Assembly: GCF_006345805.1 (NCBI RefSeq)
Contig: NC_043005.1
Coordinates: forward strand, 19,530,001 to 19,594,000
DNA length: 64,000 nucleotides
Direction of reading: 5' to 3'
DNA from: Octopus sinensis
Lineage: Eukaryota
In this document: positions 51,198 through 63,923 of the stretch, in pieces
Position numbering within the stretch: the first letter of the stretch is position 1
Layout of the letters: the number at the start of each line of letters is the position of its first letter
Notes under the pieces: model-generated
Databases searched by the model: none
What the model saw: only the letters and a program-made list of their open reading frames with translations
What the model was told of the DNA's origin: nothing
Made by a program: the position numbers and the translations under genes

Positions 51198-52201
51198 GAA
51201 GTAAGTTGCTTCTTGTACTACTTATCTTCCTTTAATTTTATTTACTTATATATATATGTATATATATATAACGAAACTGAACAATTACTTAATATAGTTA
51301 TAGAAACAGCCGCGCAAAAAATGGTGGCGGGGTCACTGGCCTTTGACCATAAGAATAATTGTCTAGTACTGAATTAGGCAAAACAACAACACACCACCAC
51401 AACTACTACCACCACCACCAACAACAACACTACTACCATAACTACTACTGTCACACGGTCACTCGAGTTTCTAGGTCTAACGGCCGAATCTCTATACTCT
51501 CTTTCTCTGTCTCTCTCATATAAAAGCCAGCTTTTTAAGCAAGAGAGAATAAATTGGTTCATGATGTATTTCTAGACATAATAGAAGCGGGGGAGGGGGG
51601 ACCTCTTTGATCAGAACTGATTTGGGAGATAAACAATCGATATTGATGAAAGTACAGCTGATAAGGGGTTAATTGATGGTTAATTATTGGAACATGCGTG
51701 AAAGTCAGAGAAGTAATAAGCCTAATTAGATTGTAGTAATTCTCTGTAGACAAACTCTCAAGTAAACTCATTAATTGTTTAGAGGATATTCCCACGTGAC
51801 TTTAATTAAATTTCAGATTATGTGACCATTTAACTAAAGAGGGGAGGAGATGAGAGAGAGAGAGAGATGGATGAATGAGGAAGAAACAGACGAAGAGATG
51901 CGAGAGACAGGCAGATAGACATACAGTGTGTGTGATCAAGTGGTAGAGAACCGAGAGATCGAATACTCGTTTTTTCCCTCCTTTTTAACGGGTTGCTCGG
52001 TTTGCAGAGATGTAAAGAAGTACTACAGAGTAAGAAGCTCATGGAACAAAGTTTAACTGATCACGTGAATATATGGCGGTGCCCCAGCATGGCTACAGCT
52101 CGTGAGCTGAAACTAGATAAAATAAAATCAAAATAAAATATATAGCCAGGATAGGGATGATGCCTCTCGCAAGATGGCTTTACATATTTATTTGCCCCTA
52201 G

Positions 52202-52317
52202 ATGATGCGGAGAAGAAACGAGATGTCCAAGACGAGATATCCAAACGACCTTATAACGAAAGATCGCCGAAGTTTCGCCCTATGTCCAGTACATTAGCCG
52301 CTGCTGTTGAGTTCCAT
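52202..52317 (+). CDS. Candidate internal coding exon of an unidentified host gene
   Basis: Acceptor atttatttgcccctAG, donor CAT|GTAAGC, open frame (D)DAEKKRDVQDEISKRPYNERSPKFRPMSSTLAAAVEFH, CpG-rich unique sequence. Confidence 0.4.
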
Positions 52318-52377
52318 GTAAGCTTCTTCATTCACCAACAATGAAAACAATCTGGTGGATCAAACATTACTATACTT

Positions 52378-52500
52378 ACTCTTTTACACATTTCAGTCAT
52401 TTGATTGTGGCCATGTTGGAGCACTGCCTTTAGTCGAAGAAATCGACCCCAGGACTTATTCTTTGTAAGCCTAGTACTTATTATATCGTTCTCTTTTACC
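52378..52500 (-). mobile_element. Family D SINE 3' fragment
   Basis: ttcagtcatttgattgtggccatgttggagcactgcc..gtaagcctagtactt. Confidence 0.85.
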
Positions 52501-52502
52501 AA

Positions 52503-53099
52503 AGACAGACGAAATACCTATTTCTTTACTACCCACAAGGGGCTAAACACAGAGAGGACAAACAAGGACAGACAAACGGATTAAGTCGATTACAGTGCGT
52601 TACTGGTACTTAATTTATCGACCCCGAAAGGATGAAAAGCAAAGTCGGCCTCGACGGAATTTGAACTCAGAACGTAACGGCGGACGAAATACCAATTTCT
52701 TTACTATCCACAAGGGGTTAAACACAGAGGGGACAAACAAGGACAGACAAACGGATTAAGTCGATTATATCAACCCCAGTGAGTAACTGGTACTTATTTA
52801 ATCGACCCCGAAAGGATGAAAGGCAAAGTCGACCTCGACGGAATTTGAACTCAGAACGTAACGGCGGACGAAATACCTATTTCTTTACTATCCACAAGGG
52901 GTTAAACACAGAGGGGACAAACAAGGACAGACAAACGGATTAAGTCGATTATATCGACCCCAGTGAGTAACTGGTACTTATTTAATCGACCCCGAAAGGA
53001 TGAAAGGCAAAGTCAACCTCGGCAGAATTTGAACTCAAAACTTAACGGCAGACGAAATACCGCTAAGCATTTCGCCCGGCGTGCCAAATCGCCACCTTA
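52503..53099 (-). mobile_element. Tandem array of family A SINE units (one with head, two headless)
   Basis: gacgaaatacc recurs at 52508, 52683, 52867, 53051 (~175-184 bp period). Confidence 0.9.
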
Positions 53100-53283
53100 A
53101 ACCTTCCGTAATAATATTCCAAGGAAAATGTAGTTTAATTTAAACGCTCCAGCACCCAATGATGAGAAATTCTATTTTGTAGAATTATATATTTTATATT
53201 TAAAAACACATTGTATAGCTCAACTGTTGAAGAATTAGTTTTTATTTTATAAATTCTTTTTTTTTTTTTTGTAAATATTTTTT

Positions 53284-56160
53284 ATTAACACGCGCACGAT
53301 TTTCACTAAGAAAAAAAATTCGGATTTATTGCGTGGAATCAAGTACCCTGACCTCCTAATATGCTGCAAATCCCTTATTTTGGTTCGGAAAAATGGTAGG
53401 GGGCCAGGGGGGATATATTTAATAACGAACCATGTAATTCACACTCTGGAAAATATATTTCTGCATGTTTTGTTTTGTTTTTTCTTAAACACACAAGATA
53501 TAGCTTATAAATTTAGGATGTTTATGAAAGATACACTACTTTATTATCAGAATATATATACTTTTTCATACGATTAAGAAACATTTATTTTAAATCGTTC
53601 ATCTTTCTCCCCACCCCCCAAAAATAAACAATTAGTTTGGGCGCAATTTTTATTATTTTTTATTAGTGAAAATCGTGCGGGTGAAAAAAAATCAATGGGG
53701 GTGGTGGTGAAATTTCCGAGGCTTCCACCTCACCCTTCCCCGTTTTCGGACCCCCAAAAGGAGTTTTATAGCATATTAGGAGGTCACAGGAATTCATTCA
53801 ACGAAAAAAAAAATAATTTTCAATGATTCCGGGAGAGGGATGACAGCACCACCACTTTCTTCCGAACCAAAATAAAGGATTTGCAGCATATTAGGTCAGG
53901 GTATTTGATACCAGACAAAAAAATCCGAGTCTTTTTTTTTCATTTTAGTGAAAATCGTGCGGGTATTAATATAAGAATTTACCTTTTCATTAAAAAATTT
54001 GGTGATCTTTCGTTTTATGTACATATAATGGCTACCAAACGGAGCGATAGAAAGGCCAGCGTCAACGATGCAACATTGCATATAAATACAATAGAAATGA
54101 TAAAGAGATGTACTTGCATAGCGAGTGACTTGATCTGAGATCGTGTGCTGGAACGAAAACAATTGCAGCGTGGAAGGTGTGCAGCAAGAAGTTTTGTCAG
54201 TGAACAGTTCGCGGTCTCAAAGCGACGAAAATATTTTGCCAAATTAAATTTAAATGCAGAAATGATATGGTGCTTTGTCAAAAATATAACATTTATGGAA
54301 ACCAGACAATCTCTTCTCAGACAGTTTAAGTGACATCGGAAATATTCTGCGAAATGAAGACAGCTGTTAAATGGCTTCGTAATTGTTTTCCATTTGCTTC
54401 CTTGTCCTCCTTAATATGTACGTAAAACGAAAGCTTGCCCAATTTTTAATGGCATCTGCATTTTTTTTTTATTTATTTTTTTTTTTTTTATTTGGAGTTT
54501 TCAATTTTGGGCGATCTTTGGTTTTTAGATATCTGCAGAACTGATCGAGAAAACGAAACAATCCGGGGAAATAGAAAAATAGACTTGGGAATCTCGAGTA
54601 AATTGAACGATTATGCAAATACTTAAATCTGTTTGATGGCTCGTTAGTATTTTATTTCTATTTATTGAGAGATTTCACATTTTTTTATGGTAACACTTTT
54701 GTTTCATAAATCTTCAAAAAAATTTTTCCCCAAAAAAAATTATACCCCCACCCCTATTATTTCGAAAGCTGTGGTGGAAGAAAGATAAGGAAAAAATGTT
54801 AAATTTTGGTAAGTGCACCCGCACGCATTTCATTAAGAAAGAAAAAACCTCGTATTTTTTGCGTGGAATCAAGTGTCCTGACCTTCTTAATGTGCTGCAA
54901 ACCCCTTATTATTGTTTTAAAAAAAGGGATGGGTAGGAAACCGCCCCACCCATCCTGGAATGGTTGGAAATTTTTCTTTTTTTTCGTTGAATGAATTAAG
55001 GTGACCTAATATGCCACAAAATACTTTTTGGGGCCGGAAAACGTGTGGGGGGTGGAATCCTCGGAAATTTTACCCCACCATTTTACAGAAATACGTTTTC
55101 GAGAGTGATGATTGAACGGTTCGTCATTAAATAAATATTTACTAGTTTGTACAATAGGAATTAATATGTTAACATTTATATTGTGTGTATTTTATGTTAA
55201 AAATATTTTTTCTGAAGTCATAGTCTACGAAATGTGTGTGTAAGCATATATACATATATAAAAGTGCGTATGTATATATAGACACACACACACAAGGGTT
55301 AGTACCAAATTGTTTCAGAAAAGTACTTATTACATACCTTGTTGTTAAATCATTAGATTAATCCCAAAATACAAGCTTTTTTCTAAAGTTTATCAATATA
55401 AATAATTGTTCGATTATACGTTTCAAGCTGTGTGGCAGCGTTTAAAAAAAATCACTTATGCTTTGCATACTTCCCGCTTAAACTCCAATAGGGTTTCATT
55501 TTTGCTTGGGGGTGGAGGTGAGAAAATAAAAGCTTTCTCTCTACAAAGAAGCGATTAAAAATAAATATATCTTAATTGTTGTGTGAGAAAATATATATAT
55601 TCTCATGATAAAATATTGTATCTTTTAAATACTCCCTTATTTTACAGATTATATATTGTGTGTTTAAGAAAAAAAACATTTGCTTTCTCTTCCACAGTAC
55701 TGTGTGAAAGAAAGAGGGGGAGGGAGAGTGGTGAAGGAGAGGGGGGAGGGGGAAGAGAGAGAGGGGAATTATAAAAATAAGAATTCTCTAGACATTTAGC
55801 TGTTATTTTTACCATCTCGACATTTTCAGTTTCAGACAGCGAAAGGCTTATGGATCAATTTTGGAGCTTTTCATAGAAAATTTGAAATTAAAAATAAAAT
55901 TTTCCATATTCTTAATCTCCGTATTTCTCCACGTAGATTGACAAAAAAAAATTTTTTAATTAAAAATTGTGGTGGGGGAATTTAAAATACGCAACTTTTA
56001 TATTCTCTCTCGCTCTCTCTTCTCACACACAAAAATGAAACCCAATTGGAGTTTTAGCGGGAAATATGCAAAGCGATAGTGATTTTTTTTTTTAAAACGC
56101 TACCACACAGCCTGAAATGTTTAGTCGAACAATTATTTATTTGATACACACACACACACA

Positions 56161-56191
<31 letters not shown>

Positions 56192-57240
56192 GTGGGGGGA
56201 GGAGAATTCACAAAAGACGAAAAGACGAAGACAAGTGGTGTAGAGAACAAACAGATGTTTTATGAGTGTGGGACAAAAGCCCTATAGTTATTGTGTCAAA
56301 GTGGACAAAAGCCCCACGGTTATATTTTTCGGTTTTTATGATTTTTTTCACCTTTTACTTGTTTCAGTCATTAGACTGTGGCCATGCTAGGGCACTGCTT
56401 TCAAGAATTTTTAGTTGAACGTATTGACGCCAGAATTTTTTTCGTAAGTTTTGATAAGTGCACCCGCACGCGTTTCACTAAGAAAAATAACCCGCCTAAT
56501 GTGCTGCAAACCCCTTACTTTTGTTCAGAAAAAATAATGGCACTGCCCCCTCCAGGAATCATTGGTTTTAGGATTAGGGTTTTAGAGTTAGTGTTGGGGA
56601 AAAAAGTTAAAATTGAAGGAGTTGGGGGAAGGGGAAATTTCACAATGCCGATTTTTGGCAAAAGAAATTACAAAAATAAATTTGGGAGAAAATGGGGTGG
56701 GGGAACGAGCGGAAGTCTTTCCAACACTTTTTTTGTCCAGAAAACAAATATTTCAAAACATTTCTGTACTTACGGTTACGGTTTTAGGGTTAGGGTTATG
56801 GCTAAGGTTAGGGTTTTAGGTTTAGGATTTTAGGGTTAGGGGTAGGGTTAGTGGTAGGGAAAAAAAGTCAAAATTGAAGAAGTTGGGAGAAGGAGGGAAC
56901 TTCACAATGTCGATTTTTGGCAATTTTCCGGAACTTCCGTATCCGAAAACGGGGATTTAGGAAAAAAAATTACAAAAATAAACAAATTTGGGAGAAAATG
57001 GTGGGGGCGGGCGGAAGTCTTTCCTTTTCGCTTTTAAAGGTAAATGATTCTCATAGAAGCAAACACGATATTAAGCCTCGTATTTTTCCAAGTAGATTGA
57101 CAAAAAAAAAATCGAAAAAAGTTAAAAATTTAAAAATTTGGGTGAGGAGTGGGAATTAAAAAATTTTTAAAACGTGATTTTTTGGATGTTCGGAATCTCC
57201 ATCATCGAAAACCTAAGAATCGACTGAGAAAAAAAGATTT
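53284..57240. mobile_element. Complex of related DNA-transposon relics (Merlin-like), with a ~690-bp fold-back at 53284-53969
   Basis: Repeated ends cacccgcacg..ttcactaag (53288, 54817, 56461; inverted at 53666, 53947); VNDATLHINTIE (~54060-54100) resembles the Merlin HTNTIE motif. Confidence 0.5.
56773..56858 (+). repeat. Degenerate telomere-like (TTAGGG)n tract
   Basis: ggttttagggttagggttatggctaaggttagggttttagg..ttagggttaggggtagggttag. Confidence 0.8.
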
Positions 57241-57299
57241 CCGAAAGCTCGTATTTTTCCTTTTTTTTTTTTTTTTGGTGGGGAGGGGTGACTCATCCA

Positions 57300-57662
57300 G
57301 CTCCACCTTTTATTGAGCCCGTAAGGACGAAAGGCAAAATCGACCTCGAAAGAATTTGAGCTCAGAACAAAAAGACGGACGGAACACCGCTAAGCATTTT
57401 GCTTGGTGGCCTAATGACTCTACAAGCTAACTGCCTTTTAAAAGTTAAATAGTCCTTTCTATTATAGGTACAATGCCTGAAATTTTGAAGGAGTGGGGTT
57501 GGGTGGGGGCTAGTCGATTACATCGATCCCAGTGCGAAACTGGTACTTATTTCATCGACCCCGAAAGGATAGGCTGAATTTGAACTCAGAAAGTAAAAAC
57601 GGACAAAATGCCATTTAGTAATTTTTGTCCAGCGTGCTAACGATTCTGCCAGCTCGCCGCTT
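57300..57662 (-). mobile_element. Two adjacent family A SINEs
   Basis: Two reverse-complement bodies; heads end ~57440 and ~57662. Confidence 0.8.
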
Positions 57663-58539
57663 TAATTAATTAATTAATTAAATTAATAATAATCATAATC
57701 CATTAAAAAGTTAATGACAAGAGCGAAATAAACTGTTGGCGCGAAATGAATATCTCTAGAAATAACTGAGAAAAACAGCTCATTTGGAATACAGGAAGCA
57801 GAAATATTAAAAACAAACATTAATAGGAAACATGGCGTCTGAAAGAGATAAAACTCAATAAAATGAAATGGGTTTTAAGATGAGTGGCGTGTATCTAAAG
57901 ACAATAGCATTTACCTGAGAGAGAAAATAGGATTTGTGGTCAATACTTCAAACTTTAGACATGTTGGTATCGCTTGCTATGAAGTCCATTAATTCGAGTA
58001 ACACTGAAATTGAATCAAATTACACTTATCCCTAAAGACCTTTTGCGCAGGTGCAAACTGTATGTGTGCATGTATCTATGTTAGCGCGTATATGTATGAT
58101 TGTGTGTGGATATATGCATGTGTATATATGATTGCTAGCTATCTAGAAAGATAAATGGATAGATATTAATGAAAATCATATATATATATGTGTGTGTGGT
58201 GTGTGTGTGTGTGCTGTGTGCGTGTGTACATATATGTTTATAATATATCTGTGTGTATGTATGTATGTATATATAATTATATGTATATTCGGACAGATAA
58301 ATAAATAGAGAAAGAGGGAGAGGGAGAGAGGGAAAGAGTGAGAGGGGAGGAGAGAGACGCTGAGCTGAAAGATCAAGAGTTCAAAAGATGGTCCAATAGA
58401 AATTGTTTCAATGTTGAAGCATGCAATGTACATTACATTATACTGAAGTTGTTCACACAATTACTCACACACGCACAAACATGAACACTCATATATTTAT
58501 AGGGCATACTTGTATGAATATGTAAATCTATGTATGTAA

Positions 58540-58578
<39 letters not shown>

Positions 58579-58597
58579 GCACATCGCACACACAGTA

Positions 58598-59000
58598 TAC
58601 TCTTTTACTTGTTTCAGTGATTTGACTGCCGCCATGCTGGAGCACCGCCTTTAGTCGAGAAAATCGACCCCAGGACTTATTCTTTGGAAGCTTAGTACTT
58701 ATTCTATCGGTCTCTTTTGCCGAACCGCTAAGTTACGGGGATGTAAACACATCACCATAGGTTGTCAAGCAATGTTGAGAGGACAAACACAGACACACAA
58801 ACATATACACACACATACATATAAATATATATATACATATTTACGGCGGGCTTCTTTCAGTTTCCGTCTACCAAATCCACTCACAAGGATTTGGTCGGCC
58901 CGAGGCTATACTAGAAGACACTCGCCCAAGGTGTCACGCAGTGGGAATGAACCCGGAACCATGTAGTTGGTAAGCAAGCTACTTACCACACAGCCACTCC
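58598..59000 (-). mobile_element. Family D SINE with intact head
   Basis: Full copy; head ggtaagcaagctacttaccacacagccact (58969-58998). Confidence 0.92.
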
Positions 59001-59510
59001 TGTTTTTATATATATTTATAGAATATATAAATGTATATATGTGTGCGTATGTGTTTGCATATGTGTGTGTGTGTGTGTGTGTGTGCACGTGCGCGTTTGT
59101 GTGCGAATAAAGATAAACAAAGAATTATAGATAGCAGGAATTTATTTATGAGATGTTATTTATACATATTCCAGGATGAAAATATTTCTTTACAGCTGTT
59201 TCAAAAATGCGGTGTATGGTTGATATTATAATGCATATTATACCATAATTATGCAATATTATGTATTGCATGTAAGCAAAAGTATTATTAACTTGCATGA
59301 AGCTTAATATGTGAGTATCTTCGTGCGGGAATCACCGAACATTCTCTTCAAAAGGATGATTGACTATCTTTCCTCTTATTTCTCGCTCGAATTTTGTACT
59401 TGTCACATCAAACTCATTCTGCCACGCTACTTTAAGAAGCTGAAATTAATGAATCTGATCACAAGCATTCGGTGTTTATCCTACACTTGCACAAGCATTC
59501 TCTTTCCCTC

Positions 59511-59609
<99 letters not shown>

Positions 59610-59736
59610 TTGTTGACGTCATAAGAATTTCATAAACCTCCGAGAGAATGTGAGCTAAATCTGTTTTGTTATAACTCGAAGCACACACATAAAGCCATAA
59701 ATAATCGCTCGTCAGCATGCAAATATTTATAGTTTT

Positions 59737-60089
59737 ACTAGCGGGACCCGTGAATATTTCACGGAATTAATGGTAAGCCTATTGGGTTATTTTTGAAAAC
59801 TTTATCCAAAAAACCTGGAATTAATGGTAAGCCTATTGGGTTATTTTTGAAAACTTTATCCAAAAAACCTGGAATTAATGGTAAGCCTATTGGGTTATTT
59901 TTGAAAACTTTATCCAAAAAACCTGGAATTAATGGTAAGCCTATTGGGTTATTTTTGAAAACTTTATCCAAAAAACCTGAAAGCGTAACCCGTGTTGTGT
60001 CAGTACGAAAAGATAGTCGCTCATTTGTTACTCATTGAAAAGTGAAAGGAACTGGAATACGATGATTGGAATATGTTGATATATACTTG
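59737..60089 (+). mobile_element. Helitron-like non-autonomous element with internal tandem repeat
   Basis: 5' actagcgggacccgtgaatatttcacgg with hairpin 59748-59764, followed by a 54-bp array. Confidence 0.45.
59763..59978. repeat. Four perfect 54-bp tandem repeats
   Basis: Unit ggaattaatggtaagcctattgggttatttttgaaaactttatccaaaaaacct at 59763, 59817, 59871, 59925. Confidence 0.97.
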
Positions 60090-60482
60090 ACTAGCAGTAT
60101 CGCCCAGCGTTGCTCGGGTTTGTAAGGGAAATAACTATATAAGCATTTTTAGAGATGTAATAGCCATCTCAATATGGCTAACCACAAAGGGGGGGGGGTG
60201 TTACTGTAGCTTTTTACGTTCTGAGATTTAATAATAAATTTTTAGAGAGTTACTTCCCTTATATATGCCAAAAATGCATTAAAAATGGGAAAAATTGATG
60301 GTAAATTCTTTTTAAATCGTAGACTCATCGTAGACGGGCGCAAATACCCAGAAGGGCTCGATATGAATCACAACTATAAGATACCCGGTTTTGGTTAAAC
60401 TGCACCGCAAAATGTGGGAGTAGTTAGGAATCTAAATCGTAGGAGACAGACAGCACACAACCTCACTTTTATATATAAAGAT
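60090..60482 (+). mobile_element. Non-autonomous Helitron-like element
   Basis: 5' actagcagtatcgcccagcgttgctcggg and 3' ttttatatataaagat termini resemble invertebrate non-autonomous Helitron/Helentron families. Confidence 0.6.
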
Positions 60483-60929
60483 ATACTTTATGCACAATTT
60501 TATAGACGTAATACACAGCACTCATAAAATAAATATTCACTCTTATATTTCCATTTTTCCCATAGCCAAAAACATCACGTACATATGATACAACCATCAG
60601 TTAAATTGCATATATCTGCAACGTAGATAAGCGTGAATATTTCACTGAATTGCACTTATGACCATGCGTTAAGGGATAGGTGATATAAGAAAACTTTGTT
60701 CAAGGCTTAAAACATACACTTTTTACTATCCAATCAAAACCGCCACCTCCACCACTGTCACCACCACCACCACCACCACCACCACCACCACCACCACACC
60801 ACCACCACCACCATATATATATATATATATATATACATGTGTGTATATATATGTGTGTGTGTGTGTGCGTGTGTATACATATAGACAGACAGACAGACAG
60901 ACAGATAGATATAGATATAGATATAGATA

Positions 60930-61321
60930 CAGGCGTAGCTGTGTGGTAAGAAGTTTGCTTCCCAACCACATGGTTTCAGGTTCAGCCCCACTTCGTAGCA
61001 TCTATTGCTTCGGTCCGATCAAAGCCTTGCGAGTGGATTTGGTAGACGGAAACTGAAAGAAGCCCGTGTATATGTGTGTGTGTATGTGGGTGTGTGTATT
61101 TATGTGTGTCATTGTGTCTGTGTTTGTCCTCCACCTCACCGTTTGATAACAGTTGTTGATGTGTTTACGTCCCCGTAACTTAGCGGTTCAGCCAAAATGA
61201 TTGATGCGATTAGTACTAGGCTTAAGAAAAAAATTCATAGGGTCGATTTGTTCGATTAAAGCACTTCAAGGCGGTGCTCCAGCATGGCCACAGTCACATG
61301 ACTGAAACAAGTAAAAGAATA
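60930..61321 (+). mobile_element. tRNA-derived SINE, family D
   Basis: Head gtggtaagaagtttgcttcccaaccacatgg; tail gactgaaacaagtaaaagaat. Confidence 0.9.
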
Positions 61322-61799
61322 ACAGAATATATTAGGTGTGGTTTATGTATGATAGAGAAGGTTATATGATGACGTCTACTCCCACCATATAACTGCTGAC
61401 ATACAGTAAGCAATTTTCCTGAGTTTGTGCTAAGAATCTGTGATATTTTGGCGTCTTGTAAATATTTTATTAAATAACAGTGATTGTGCCTAACAGATTT
61501 GTTCTTATCCGATTCCTTGATCGATGGCGCTTGGTCCACCATCCGTCATACGGCAGCATTTGACTCAGGTCAGCGGGGTTTTTGATATATATATATTTAA
61601 AAAAAAGTAAAAGAAGTGGATCTTGATATACTGGTAAATAGGTTAAGTTAAAAGTACACGTCTCTGGGAATATTCAGCTACTAACAAGCTAAAACAATAG
61701 TTATGTTGATCAAGCAACTAGAACGTTCATCGTTGAAACCAGCAGACATCCAGGAAGACTGTGTGTACGCGCCTGTACATACGCATACGTACAAATATA

Positions 61800-61883
61800 C
61801 ATACATAAATACATGCATCCATATGTATATATATATATATATATATTCATGTATCTATATATATGTGTGTGTATAGATATATG

Positions 61884-61914
<31 letters not shown>

Positions 61915-61964
61915 ATAGATATATATATATATTCATGTATCTATATATATATGTGTGTGTATAT

Positions 61965-62023
<59 letters not shown>

Positions 62024-62219
62024 ATATATAGATATATAATATACACACACACATATATATACACACATATATACACGAATATATATATATACATACAAAT
62101 ATACATACATACATGCATCCATATGTATATATATATATATATTCATGTATCTATATATATGTGTGTGTGTATAGATAATTGTATATATATATATATGTGT
62201 ATATATAGATATATAATAT

Positions 62220-62250
<31 letters not shown>

Positions 62251-62310
62251 CACATATATATACACGAATATATCTATATATATATGTATATATATATATA
62301 TATATACATA
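61800..62310. repeat. Complex (TA)/(TG)/(CA) microsatellite with internal duplication
   Basis: atacatgcatccatatgt..attcatgtatct block repeated at ~61810 and ~62110. Confidence 0.9.
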
Positions 62311-62825
62311 CGTATGCTTGTGTGTGGTAGGGAGAGGGGTTATTCAGAAGTCAAAGATTAAGAGTGCAAATGGGAACGTTCCAGAAGGAATCAAGTAAAG
62401 ATTGTTTCAATGTACAAACATGCAATGCACATTTCTTTCCGTTGAAGCTCTTCAAACAATCACACTATCACACTCATCGATACACACACACACATATATT
62501 TATTGGTATACATAAGCGTGCGTGTGTCCTTGTGTGTACGTACTTTTGAGCTTGCATGTGTGTCTATGTGTGTGTATGTGTGTGTGTGCTTTAAAATAGT
62601 TATTTTAAAGTACTTTTAGCAATAACGACACAATATTTGCTGACTGTGTGTCACTCTTTATTGAAAGCGGAATCAAATTCATTGTCAAGATCTGGTTGAA
62701 AGGCAAAACTTCTTATACGTTCTACGCAAACTTGATCTTCACAATATATTTGAGTATGTGTGCGCGTGCGCAATGTGTGTGTACGTGTCTGGGTGTACAT
62801 ATGTGATTACATAAGTAAATTTTAT

Positions 62826-62945
62826 ATTCTTTTACTTGTTTCAGTTATTTGACTGCACCCATGCTGGAGCACTGCCTTTAGTCTAACAAAACGATCACAT
62901 GACTTATTCTTTGTAAGCCTAGTATTTATTCTATCGGTCTATTTT
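62826..62945 (-). mobile_element. Family D SINE 3' fragment
   Basis: ttttacttgtttcagttatttgactgcacccatgctggagcactgcc. Confidence 0.85.
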
Positions 62946-62994
62946 TCTTAATATATTATATATATATATATATATAATATATATATATATATAC

Positions 62995-63262
62995 ATGCAT
63001 ACATACATACATGCATACATACATACATACATACATACATACATACATACATACATACATACATACATACATACATCATGCATGCATACATACATACATA
63101 CATACTACATACATACATACATACATACATACATCATGCATGCATACATACATACATACATACATACATACATACATACATCATGCATGCATACATACAT
63201 ACATACATACATACATACATACATACATACATACATACATACATACATACATACATACACAC
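62995..63262. repeat. (CATA)n microsatellite
   Basis: Directly visible. Confidence 0.98.
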
Positions 63263-63850
63263 AGACATTATATATATATATGCATATATAGGTACAGGAC
63301 GTCATCAACTGTGTAAATAACATGAAATACGTAAACAAACGAGTTAAATACACAAACAACGAAAGACAAAAGGGAGAACAGGACAAATAAACACAGAGAA
63401 ACTACTCTTCATCAGTTGTCGACAATCTATCTACTCCTCATTTCGAGCATTCAGCGATAATATGAGTCTTCTAAGACAGTTGCTCCAATAAACTCTAAAA
63501 TCAAATTTAGGATTTATGGAGGGTCAAAATTGGGAACAAAAACAGAAGAGTGGAGACATACAAGGAAACCGAATGAAAGCAAACATGAAGGATCGTTAGA
63601 CCAGAACGAGAGGAAAATAGTGAACGCTGGGAGAAATATTTTCTATGAGAAAAGAGAGAAGTGTGAGAAAAGAAAAGTCCAATCCTTTGAACGTCCGTGC
63701 AGGAAAAGAAATATGGTCACGCGAGGAAAAGAACAATGGTCACGTGTGTGCAATGAGAGAGAGAGAGAGAAAGAGAAAGAGGTAGAGAGAAAGGGAGACA
63801 GATAGAAAACGGTGAAGAAGGAATTAAAGAAGGATGGAGGAAGAAAACAA

Positions 63851-63923
<73 letters not shown>

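Noticed and set aside
56773-56858. True telomere or chromosome-fusion site
   Set aside because: Short, degenerate and embedded in transposon-like sequence; no head-to-head array
59759-60038. ORFs with an 18-aa repeat (DKVFKNNPIGLPLIPGFL); CRISPR-like regularity
   Set aside because: Pure 54-bp tandem repeat with no unique spacers, no cas genes and a eukaryotic context
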